Below are positions 1-7,880 of a DNA stretch of 64,000 nucleotides, in pieces (the stretch's first letter is position 1; each line of letters opens with the position of its first letter). The translations under genes were made by a program, and so were the position numbers. The DNA is from an uncultured Gammaproteobacteria bacterium (GTDB lineage Bacteria > Patescibacteriota > Patescibacteriia > UBA1558 > GWA2-36-10). Under the pieces are notes generated by a model, which saw only the letters and a program-made list of their open reading frames with translations, did not search any database and was not told the DNA's origin. The DNA lies in assembly GCA_964638415.1 (NCBI GenBank), contig CAZWYP010000004.1:8498-72497 (forward strand). Reading direction: 5' to 3'.

Positions 1-814
1 GGTCAAATAAAATTAAACTATTATTATGACGATTAATACCATACAAAATTCCGTCATCAGAAGTGAGCTCACTGGAGACAAAAGGAAAACTGGAGGCAAT
101 CGGCGAACTATTCATATTGGTAGAAATCGTCAGCTCATCATTACCCAATGGCAAGGTGGAGTTAAAACCCTGTTCAGTCTGGAATAATGCCTGCCTGGTA
201 TAAATCAGCTGTGCTCCTAGTAAATTTTCTACCCGGGAAGAAGATAATTCTAATTCCTCTTTAGTCTTAGCGTAAATGGTAATATATAACCCGAATTGGA
301 AAAACTTTTCCGTGCCCTGGCTTAAGCGGTCCCGCAAGTCTTCAATGTCACGTAAAGCGGTTTCAGCAATTGGATCCCTGGGTGCTCCCTTTTCATTATC
401 TGCAATAATTTGCGCCTGCATAGTACCAACTTTATTGCGCAATTGCTTAAGCACAATGGTAATATCCATGGGATAAAAGAACATCGCCATATCCAATACT
501 AATGATTCATTAATAATGGGGGCAAACCAGCCAACGGTCACATAACGGGGATAAGTAATAACAAATAGCGTCTTAACAAAAACATTATTAAGCTGCAAAG
601 AATTGCTTTCTACTTTAAAAGCCGCTGGAGCAATAACATCTCTAACTGATACCACGCCCTCTCGAAATACTTTTTCCGCTTCCAATAGAGAGCGGTCTTT
701 TTGCTCTTTGGCCTGCTCTTTGACTTTAGCTAATTTCTTATCTGGAGCAACTGTGGCTTCTTCGGAAAGACCTGGCTGAGCAGTAGCTTTTTTTAGCTTA
801 TTAAACTCAAACAT
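1..814 (-). CDS. VirB4/TrbE/CagE-family type IV secretion ATPase, N-terminal part (partial; continues past the window start, before the Walker A region)
   Basis: Own translation of the minus strand from ATG at 814..812, open to position 1. Motifs DVIAP..F.....L.LNNVFVKTLFVITYPRYVTVGWF...LDMAMFFYPMD and GILYGINRHNNSLILFD match the conserved N-terminal and central region of Gram-positive VirB4 homologs (PrgJ/TcpF/Orf16-like) just upstream of the P-loop. Not in the ORF track because it runs off the edge. Its ATG overlaps the stop of the upstream gene (ATGTTTGA). Confidence 0.7.
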   Translation of the reverse strand, partial: MFEFNKLKKATAQPGLSEEATVAPDKKLAKVKEQAKEQKDRSLLEAEKVFREGVVSVRDVIAPAAFKVESNSLQLNNVFVKTLFVITYPRYVTVGWFAPIINESLVLDMAMFFYPMDITIVLKQLRNKVGTMQAQIIADNEKGAPRDPIAETALRDIEDLRDRLSQGTEKFFQFGLYITIYAKTKEELELSSSRVENLLGAQLIYTRQALFQTEQGFNSTLPLGNDELTISTNMNSSPIASSFPFVSSELTSDDGILYGINRHNNSLILFD

Positions 815-1493
815 CTGTTTCCACTCTTAATTTTCTTATATCATCCAATGGTTCGCGTTGGAATAAATCGGGATTATAACTATTGTAGTACAATTCAATC
901 AAAGCCTGCGTATTTAGACGCTGCGAACTCAACCCTAGACTGGTTAGACCGGCGGCAATAAAACTGCAACGTTTATCCAGCTCCGCGCTCATTTCTGCAA
1001 AACGTTTGCGAGATAATTTAACTACTTTGGCCGTGGAAAAAACCGCACTCATCCGGCTGGTAAATTTTTTCTTACTATCACCAGCTTCGCTGTAAGGCAC
1101 TACTACAAAAAACTTCTTGCTCATAATTTTCTCCAAAGTCAGTAATTCACTGATAAAAGAACGATACTCACTAATTTGCATGCGCAATAATTCATTGGTG
1201 TGTTCTCTTTCCACTTTCTTCAACTTATTAAGATAATCATCAATATTCAAAGGACGAGATTGTACTACAATCTGCAAAGGGTAATTCAAAGTATTCAAAA
1301 ACCCGACATAAGAGTTAATCATCGCGGCCTGCTCATCTTCAGATTTTAAATCAAAATTAATGGAGGAAACCAATAACACTCCCCTCACTGAAGCGTCATT
1401 TAAAATAACCAAATCCTCCTTAATGGCGGCAATATCCAAATACTTTTGTGTCGAGGTCTGCAATTTATTCCCAGCTATTTTTTTATTTTTCAT
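807..1493 (-). CDS. Hypothetical T4SS-associated protein (pattern resembles the extreme N-terminal domain of Gram-positive VirB4-like ATPases)
   Basis: 228-aa ORF between the PrgI-like gene and virB4-like gene. Segment DIAAIKEDLVILNDASVRGVLLVSSINFDLKSEDEQAAMINSYVGFLNTLNYPLQIVVQS resembles the start of VirB4 family proteins. The 8-nt overlap with the next gene suggests translational coupling. The homology call is from memory only. Confidence 0.35.
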   Translation of the reverse strand: MKNKKIAGNKLQTSTQKYLDIAAIKEDLVILNDASVRGVLLVSSINFDLKSEDEQAAMINSYVGFLNTLNYPLQIVVQSRPLNIDDYLNKLKKVEREHTNELLRMQISEYRSFISELLTLEKIMSKKFFVVVPYSEAGDSKKKFTSRMSAVFSTAKVVKLSRKRFAEMSAELDKRCSFIAAGLTSLGLSSQRLNTQALIELYYNSYNPDLFQREPLDDIRKLRVETDV

Positions 1494-1956
1494 AATTCAC
1501 GCTGTTAAAAGGTGATTTATTGGCCCGATTGGCTTCCAATTCTCCCTTATATATTCCTCCCGTATCAACAATTAAAGACAGTTCCGACAACTTACTCGTT
1601 GGCAAAAAAGCCTTGGGTTTAACCAATTGATTATTATCCTCACTTTCCACCTGACGCTCCTCAAATTTAATTTCCTGTTTTAACCAAATTCTCAATTTGG
1701 GCTTTTTAGAAGTCTGAATGACATTAAGCAAGAAAACATGAAACGGCGCTCCGTTTATTTTGATAAAAGCGAATAAAATAGTCAGAAAAGCAAAAATAAT
1801 AAGCTGAACGATAAACAAAGCAAAGTCCGACAATTTGTAAGCAGCAAAAACAAATAAACCGCCGATGATCATAATAATAAACTGCCGGACGGTCACTGGT
1901 CCAATAATCTTATCTTCTGCATCAATAAATTGGGGAACAATAAAACGATCCTGCAT
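1483..1956 (-). CDS. PrgI/VirB3-like small two-TM membrane protein of type IV secretion systems
   Basis: 157 aa. N-terminal VPQFIDAEDKIIGPVTVRQFIIMIIGG followed by two hydrophobic helices, typical of the PrgI family (PF12666-like). Sits immediately upstream of and overlapping the virB4-like genes. Confidence 0.5.
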   Translation of the reverse strand: MQDRFIVPQFIDAEDKIIGPVTVRQFIIMIIGGLFVFAAYKLSDFALFIVQLIIFAFLTILFAFIKINGAPFHVFLLNVIQTSKKPKLRIWLKQEIKFEERQVESEDNNQLVKPKAFLPTSKLSELSLIVDTGGIYKGELEANRANKSPFNSVNYEK

Positions 1957-1957
1957 A

Positions 1958-3322
1958 TTAGAATCTCAATAATTTATTTAAATCGGAAATAGAAGCGAAT
2001 TCTTCAATTGTTAAAGTATTCTCTTTATTATTCAGCTTCTCCCTAATAATATTCTCCACGTCTTTGCCCTGGCTTAAGCTTTCTTCGCCCAAAGACAGAT
2101 ACAGCTGGTAAACCGGGCTACGGCGCCAACCTTCAATACCTTGGGCTTTCTTAGTGATTGAGTCTTTTTCCAAAACATTAATCTTCTGCAATAATTTATC
2201 TATTTGCTGACGGGAAGAACTGCCTAAACGACGGAACTTATCTAAATCTAAAGACTGCAATTCTTCAATCGGACCGGTTAAAGTTGCCTTGGGAGCGGCG
2301 ACGCTAGAAGAGTAAATAGGTTGGGAAAAAACTTCCTTTTCCTTAGTGACTTTCACATCACTTACTGGCTTTTTATCGCCAGCGCCAACGCGGAAAACTT
2401 TAGGCAAGGCTGCTTTAATTTCATCTTCTGGCTTTTTAACTGGAGCTGGAGAAACTTTAACCTCTGCTTTTGGCTTAGGTTTTAAAGTTTCCAACTTCTG
2501 AACAGTTTTCAAGATAGGCTTTAAATCAGCATCATTCTCATCAGCGTCCGCCAATTCATTACCAGCAGCTTTTGCAAGTTCATCTGTTGATAAAGCAGAT
2601 AATAATTTTTCTACCTCTGCTTGAGTTTTTTCCTGTGGCTTACTTGGCGGTAATTCCTTGTTTAAATCCGCTTCCAATTCTGCCACTTCATTAGGCAGAG
2701 CCTTCGCTTTACTGACCACTGGATGATTTGCCTGCTTAACAGCTAACTCTGCCATTTTAACCACTAATCCGCCGCCGACTTCAATCTTAGCTTTAATGCT
2801 TTTGACAATCCCTACGATATTATTAACCTGCTCTTCGGTTAAAATCTTGCCATTAGACTCTATCCTTTCCGACAACAGCTCTCTAATAATAATGGCATTG
2901 CGCCGATTACGGAAAAAATCAAATAAGATATCCGTAAACTTATTCTTAGTGTCTGCAGAAAATTTTAGTTTTTCCTGATCAATCAATTTATCTACTATCT
3001 TTTCAATGCTATATTTGCGGGAATTATCCTGGGGAATATCCTTAACTAAACTAGCCACCTCCTCTTCATCATCAGGGTGAAAACCGAACTTAGCCTTATC
3101 TTGGCTATTGCCCAATTTGGGCAAATCCAAAAAATGCTCATTGTCTGGAGCTAAAGCCGGCGCCATGATTTTTAAAGATAAATCAGTGTGTTGAGTCAAG
3201 GCTGTACTTTTTGTTGGTCCGCTTTTATAACGATGCAGCTGGCCGCTTTGCTCTTTAACCAAAATATTATCTGTCCAATTATCAGATAATGGGTGGGAAT
3301 TGGCTTGATTATTATTTGGCAT
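1958..3322 (-). CDS. Hypothetical protein (low-complexity, K/E/A-rich, no TM)
   Basis: 454-aa ORF abutting the PrgI-like gene (2-nt gap). No recognizable motif. Confidence 0.4.
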   Translation of the reverse strand: MPNNNQANSHPLSDNWTDNILVKEQSGQLHRYKSGPTKSTALTQHTDLSLKIMAPALAPDNEHFLDLPKLGNSQDKAKFGFHPDDEEEVASLVKDIPQDNSRKYSIEKIVDKLIDQEKLKFSADTKNKFTDILFDFFRNRRNAIIIRELLSERIESNGKILTEEQVNNIVGIVKSIKAKIEVGGGLVVKMAELAVKQANHPVVSKAKALPNEVAELEADLNKELPPSKPQEKTQAEVEKLLSALSTDELAKAAGNELADADENDADLKPILKTVQKLETLKPKPKAEVKVSPAPVKKPEDEIKAALPKVFRVGAGDKKPVSDVKVTKEKEVFSQPIYSSSVAAPKATLTGPIEELQSLDLDKFRRLGSSSRQQIDKLLQKINVLEKDSITKKAQGIEGWRRSPVYQLYLSLGEESLSQGKDVENIIREKLNNKENTLTIEEFASISDLNKLLRF

Positions 3323-3440
3323 TGAATTTTTTTGTTTTTGATTAAATCAACTCCTTAAACAGGGCTAAATCGCTACTGAACTTTGTGTATATTATAACAT
3401 ATTTTAGCAACCGCAACAAATATTTACAGGATAAATAAAA

Positions 3441-3488
3441 AACATCCCTAAACCATTGTTTATTTACCCTGATTTAAGGATGTTTTTA
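3441..3488 (-). terminator. Candidate intrinsic terminator / structured element downstream of efp
   Basis: 10-bp perfect stem AAAAACATCC/GGATGTTTTT with a large (~30 nt) loop, followed by a T-run on the minus strand, 8 nt after the efp stop. Confidence 0.35.
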
Positions 3489-3495
3489 AAATTAC

Positions 3496-4053
3496 CTAGG
3501 CTCGAGAAACGTATTCTCCAGTCTCAGTATTAACGATTATCTGGTCTCCGGCCTTAACAAACATCGGTGTTCGAATTTCCGCGCCGGTTTTCAAAGTAAC
3601 AGTTTTAGTAACCGCGCCAGAGCTGTTGCCTTTGACGCCCTCGGGGGCAGAATCAACTTCACAAACTATCTTAGTCGGCAAACTAACAGAGACTGGATTA
3701 TCATTAAAAATGAGCACATCCACTTCCTGGCCATCAGCCAGAAACTTGGCCGCTTCGCCAATAGCTTCCTGGCTGAATTGAAATTGCTCAAAATTAGTAT
3801 TATCCATAAAAAAGAAATCATCTCCTTCACGGTATAAAAAATTAGCTTGGCGATGCGCTAAATCAGCTTCTTCCGCTGAATCAGAAGCAGAAAAAGTCTT
3901 TTCCAGAGTAGCGCCGGTAATTAAATTCTTCAGCTTGGTTTTCAATACTGCTCCACCCCGGGCTACTTTAATATGCTGGGTAAAAACAATCTGATAAGGA
4001 TTGTTTTCCAAAACAATTACCCTACCCAGCTTTAATTCGCTCATTGACAGCAT
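3496..4053 (-). CDS. efp: Elongation factor P
   Basis: Translation LKLGRVIVLENNPYQIVFTQHIKVARGGAVLKTKLKNLITG...GEYVSRA matches EF-P over its whole length. Probable start is ATG 4053 or 4044; the track start at 4098 is likely too long. Confidence 0.85.
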   Translation of the reverse strand: MLSMSELKLGRVIVLENNPYQIVFTQHIKVARGGAVLKTKLKNLITGATLEKTFSASDSAEEADLAHRQANFLYREGDDFFFMDNTNFEQFQFSQEAIGEAAKFLADGQEVDVLIFNDNPVSVSLPTKIVCEVDSAPEGVKGNSSGAVTKTVTLKTGAEIRTPMFVKAGDQIIVNTETGEYVSRA

Positions 4054-4057
4054 AAAT

Positions 4058-4276
4058 CTATTTGTTGCCAAAAGGCAATAAAGCCATATGACGAGCACGT
4101 TTAATGGCTTGGGCTAATTTTTTCTGGTGCTTAGAACAAACTCCACTACGTCTCTTGGGAACAATCTTGCCATAAGAGGAAGTGAATTTTTGCAATTGTT
4201 GCCAATTCTTGTAATCTATCTCTTCCATGCTGTTAACACAAAAATGGCAATATCTAGAATTAATTTTCTGATGCAT
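4058..4276 (-). CDS. rpsR: 30S ribosomal protein S18
   Basis: CHFC..EIDYKN...[35 protein letters not shown] is a typical bS18. Last gene of an rpsF-ssb-rpsR order. Confidence 0.8.
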   Translation of the reverse strand: MHQKINSRYCHFCVNSMEEIDYKNWQQLQKFTSSYGKIVPKRRSGVCSKHQKKLAQAIKRARHMALLPFGNK

Positions 4277-4296
4277 TTTATTATATTTATAGTTTT

Positions 4297-4743
4297 TTAA
4301 AATGGGATATCTTCCACGCTAATTTCTTCCTCCGCCGCATTATTATTGACAGGAGCTGGATTAACCGGCTCCGGCTGACTGTAATCTGAACTGGTAGTAT
4401 TCCCGCTGTTTTGGTTCTGACGATCAAGCATGATTAGGTTTTCAGCGATAATCTCCGTACGATAACGCTTAATGCCATTAGGATCATCCCAAGATCTGGT
4501 TTGCAAACGGCCCTCCACATAAACCTTACTGCCTTTTTTTAGATACTGGCCGGTAATTTCCGCCAACTTTCGCCAGGCAACAATATTATGGTATTCTACT
4601 TTTTCCTGACGCTGCCCATTCTGATCATTCCAAACCAAATTGGTAGCTACAGAAAAAGAGGTGACATTTTGACCGCCGGGAGTGCTCCGCATTTCTGGAT
4701 CGCGGACCACATTACCGATGACCATTGCTTTATTTAAATTCAT
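4297..4743 (-). CDS. ssb: Single-stranded DNA-binding protein
   Basis: OB-fold motif [28 protein letters not shown]...[13 protein letters not shown]...[12 protein letters not shown] and the acidic C-terminal tail ending DIPF. Confidence 0.9.
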   Translation of the reverse strand: MNLNKAMVIGNVVRDPEMRSTPGGQNVTSFSVATNLVWNDQNGQRQEKVEYHNIVAWRKLAEITGQYLKKGSKVYVEGRLQTRSWDDPNGIKRYRTEIIAENLIMLDRQNQNSGNTTSSDYSQPEPVNPAPVNNNAAEEEISVEDIPF

Positions 4744-4780
4744 AGGATTATTGGCGGAAAAATTCCTTTCCGCTATTAAT

Positions 4781-5245
4781 TTATTGCTCCTCTGCTAAAA
4801 TTTTATCTAATTTCTTGTCCAAATCTTCCAGATTAATGGCAACTGGCTCTGCTTTAGTAACAGGCTTAACCGGCTTAGGTTGGCTTTTTTGCTCTTTCAT
4901 AGCCAATTGCACTCGCTTGTCTGCCGGCTGTCGGCGAACTTTTTTTACTGCTGGTTCTGGTCTAATATTGATAATTAGATGACGCAAAATATTGTGATTG
5001 TGGCTTAAAAAAGTGTCCAATTCGCGCAAAAATTTCTTATCTTCCAAGGCAAATTCCACGGCAGTATAAAATCCGTGTTTTTGCTTCTTGATAGCATAAG
5101 CCAGTTTGCGCCGGCCCAAAGAATAAGGCGCTTTAATAATTTGCGCTTGGTATTTTTCCAGCTGAGACATGATCTCGCTGGTCAAAGCTGGGTGCTCCGT
5201 TTCCGGTACCACAGCAGAAATAATGAAGGTTAACTCATAATGCAT
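4781..5245 (-). CDS. rpsF: 30S ribosomal protein S6 (with C-terminal extension)
   Basis: MHYELTFIISAVVPETEH...GRRKLAYAIKKQKHGFY matches bS6. First gene of rpsF-ssb-rpsR. Confidence 0.85.
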   Translation of the reverse strand: MHYELTFIISAVVPETEHPALTSEIMSQLEKYQAQIIKAPYSLGRRKLAYAIKKQKHGFYTAVEFALEDKKFLRELDTFLSHNHNILRHLIINIRPEPAVKKVRRQPADKRVQLAMKEQKSQPKPVKPVTKAEPVAINLEDLDKKLDKILAEEQ

Positions 5246-5291
5246 GAGCTGTTTTCCTTTCTAAAAACCCTGAAAAAATAGTGTTTCAAGG

Positions 5292-5315
5292 ACTAAGATT
5301 AAAATTAATCTTAGT
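5292..5315. promoter_or_regulatory. Perfect 24-bp palindrome (ACTAAGATTAA-AA-TTAATCTTAGT) in the divergent rpsF / methyltransferase intergenic region
   Basis: Read directly: 11-bp arms with a 2-nt spacer. Two copies of GGCTATTTAAAT lie nearby at about 5318 and 5381. Candidate operator or terminator. Confidence 0.3.
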
Positions 5316-5458
5316 GTGGCTATTTAAATAAGGAACGAAACTTTGCTTAATTTAACATAAATATATAAACTAGTCAACTGGGCTATTTAAATGCTTGATT
5401 TATTCACTAAATATCTGCTTAATTGATAAAATTACCATTTAGCTTTATTATTAAGTCT

Positions 5459-6610
5459 ATGAAATACTTATTTATCTTGGGACAGTCCCCGTCTCTAGCC
5501 AAACAGGAGATAATCTCCCTGCTGCCAGAAGCTAAAATAGAATTATCTGGAGATAATTTTGTGGTACTAGATACCAAGGAATCTGCGGAATCATTAATGT
5601 CAGTTTTAGGCGGCACAATTAAAATTGCTTCTTATATAAATATTGTAAAAGATCTTAGCAAGATAACAGTAGAAGATTGGAGCAAGTGGCTTGATAAAAA
5701 CCAAGGGCAGAAAATAAATTTCGGCTTCAGCCTTTATGGCGGCAGCAAAAAAAACCAGCAGCAGCTGAATAAACTAGCTCTGCAAGTAAAAGGAGCTTTA
5801 AAAAGCGAAGGATATAAAGTCCGCTTAGTAGTCAGCAAAGAGTTAATTTTGTCTTCAGTAATTGTCAGTAAAAATAAATTACTGAAAAATGAGCTGTTGC
5901 TTATTCACACTGCCCAAGGCTGGGTCATGGGTTTAACCCAAGCAGTGCAGGACTTTGTTAATTTCGGTTTTAGAGACATCGGCCGTCCAGAACGGGATGA
6001 TCAAAGCGGCATGCTGCCACCTAAGGTAGCCAGAATGATGATTAACCTAGGCGGAGCTGATCGCCAAAAAACTATACTAGACCCTTTTTGCGGTTCCGGT
6101 ACAGTTTTGCAGGAAGCAGCTCTCTTGGGCTTTCCTCAAATCTATGGCAGCGACAAAAGCCATGAAGCTGTTCATGATGCTCAAGCTAATCTAGAATGGC
6201 TTAAACAAAAATTTAACATCAATAGTGAGATAACTATTAAAAAAATAAATGTAGTTAATCTAAATCAACATTTTAATGCTAATTCTGTGGACTTAATTGT
6301 CACCGAACCGTTTATGGGACCAGCCCGGCAGATCCAAAAACAATTTAAACTGGAGTATTTCCTACAATTAAAAAATGAGCTTAGTGACCTTTACCTTACG
6401 GCTTGGCAACAGTTTAATAAAATACTAAAACCAGGTGGCTTAGTGGTTTTTATCTTTCCGGTGTTTAACTTAAAAACCGGGGACATCCACACTTTAGACG
6501 AAAAAAATATTACCAAGCTTGGTTTCTCCTTAAAAAATAAAATAGTCTACTCCCGTCCTCAACAAAAAGTAAGAAGAGAAATAACTTACTGGCAAAAAAA
6601 CCGCGACTAG
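5459..6610 (+). CDS. SAM-dependent RNA (guanine-N2) methyltransferase of the UPF0020 / THUMP-associated family (RlmL/Trm11-like)
   Basis: Motif I LDPFCGSGTVLQEAALLG preceded by MLPPKVARMMINLGGA. Motif IV variant VTEPFMG. ATG at 5459; the track start at 5423 is TTG. Confidence 0.65.
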   Translation: MKYLFILGQSPSLAKQEIISLLPEAKIELSGDNFVVLDTKESAESLMSVLGGTIKIASYINIVKDLSKITVEDWSKWLDKNQGQKINFGFSLYGGSKKNQQQLNKLALQVKGALKSEGYKVRLVVSKELILSSVIVSKNKLLKNELLLIHTAQGWVMGLTQAVQDFVNFGFRDIGRPERDDQSGMLPPKVARMMINLGGADRQKTILDPFCGSGTVLQEAALLGFPQIYGSDKSHEAVHDAQANLEWLKQKFNINSEITIKKINVVNLNQHFNANSVDLIVTEPFMGPARQIQKQFKLEYFLQLKNELSDLYLTAWQQFNKILKPGGLVVFIFPVFNLKTGDIHTLDEKNITKLGFSLKNKIVYSRPQQKVRREITYWQKNRD

Positions 6611-6618
6611 TCGCGGTT

Positions 6619-7869
6619 TTAATTTACTGGCTGAACCCAGGCTAATTGATTATTGATATTGCTAATCTCCCGCCATTTTAAGGTATTATCCGTTAAATCC
6701 AGATAAACAACCTGGCCTTCTCCCCCTTGAATATTAGATAAGTAAAACCCTAATAAGGCTGCTTCCGCCTGCGGCAAACGCAATTTATCATTAAGAATAA
6801 GCTCAAAAAACAAACGGCGCCTAATTAATTTGTCAGTAATTTCTACTAAACTTAATTTTTCTCCAAAGCGCACACTAATAAAACGTCTCATAATTCCTTG
6901 AAATCTCTTATCTTCCTGCAGCATTAAGTCTAAGGCTTTCTTTTCAATTAACAACTTAAGGCAGGCCAACGTTTTATCCTGATCTTGAATACCGACTGCT
7001 TGCCATAAAACATCGCGCAATTTATGCAAACTGCCTCCGGCTTCAGATAAAATCAAATCCTCCCCTACTATTTTCTTCTGCCAAACAACCAAACGCTGAT
7101 TAATCTGCTCTAGTATTTCTTCTGTCTTTGGTTGTTCCGACTTTTCTTTGCCTACAACGGTTTTTTCTGGCAACTCTCTGACTTTAACAATAACATCGGA
7201 ATTATCTATTTCTATTGGAGAATCATCATCGTAAGAAATAAAAAAGTTGCGGATACTGCCCTTTTCCTCTTCTGTTAAATCTAAAATATTACGGTCACTG
7301 GATAAATACTTAGCGCGCTGCAATGAGCTATGATAGCCAGCTCCCATCTGTTTAAAATAATCGTTAAGCCAGTTATCTACCGTCGGACTTAATAAATTAC
7401 CTTCCCGGTCAATTATTTTTTTGGAGCTTAAACGCAGATCCTTAAAATCCGGATACTGCTTCAATAATTGTTTGACTGTTCCGGAAATATAATTTGGTAA
7501 AGTGGGGTTTTGCATAGTCCGCTTATGCAGATGCTTCAAATGCGGAACCTTGCCTCCTAAACGTAAAATTAAGCGGTCAACATCTTTTAAATAATCCTGC
7601 AGCGGCCAAAGGATTTTATAGGCAATTTCCAGACATATTTCCCGTAAGTCATAATATTGCGCCCGTTCCATGTTCTCCAATTCGTTAGGCAGATCCAGGC
7701 TAGAAATTTTTTGTAAAAACAACTTTTCTTCCAAGTCTAAAATAAAATCCAACTGATTTCTATTCAACGAAAAACGATCAGCCAGCTGCTGATTGTAATC
7801 CGAAAGCTCGGTACTAAATACCACCTCTTTCACTTCTGGAGGTAAATTTTGTAAACTCTCAATTGGCAT
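6619..7869 (-). CDS. Hypothetical protein (416 aa, soluble) immediately downstream of the VirB6-like gene
   Basis: ORF only. 11-nt gap to the upstream gene. No recognizable motif. Confidence 0.4.
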   Translation of the reverse strand: MPIESLQNLPPEVKEVVFSTELSDYNQQLADRFSLNRNQLDFILDLEEKLFLQKISSLDLPNELENMERAQYYDLREICLEIAYKILWPLQDYLKDVDRLILRLGGKVPHLKHLHKRTMQNPTLPNYISGTVKQLLKQYPDFKDLRLSSKKIIDREGNLLSPTVDNWLNDYFKQMGAGYHSSLQRAKYLSSDRNILDLTEEEKGSIRNFFISYDDDSPIEIDNSDVIVKVRELPEKTVVGKEKSEQPKTEEILEQINQRLVVWQKKIVGEDLILSEAGGSLHKLRDVLWQAVGIQDQDKTLACLKLLIEKKALDLMLQEDKRFQGIMRRFISVRFGEKLSLVEITDKLIRRRLFFELILNDKLRLPQAEAALLGFYLSNIQGGEGQVVYLDLTDNTLKWREISNINNQLAWVQPVN

Positions 7870-7880
7870 TTATTTTTGTT

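Noticed and set aside
807-814. Possibility that the 228-aa ORF and the VirB4-like ORF are one gene broken by a frameshift (pseudogene)
   Set aside because: The junction is a clean ATGTTTGA overlap (downstream ATG reaching the last base of the upstream TGA). This is the classic translational-coupling arrangement. A sequencing error cannot be excluded without reads.
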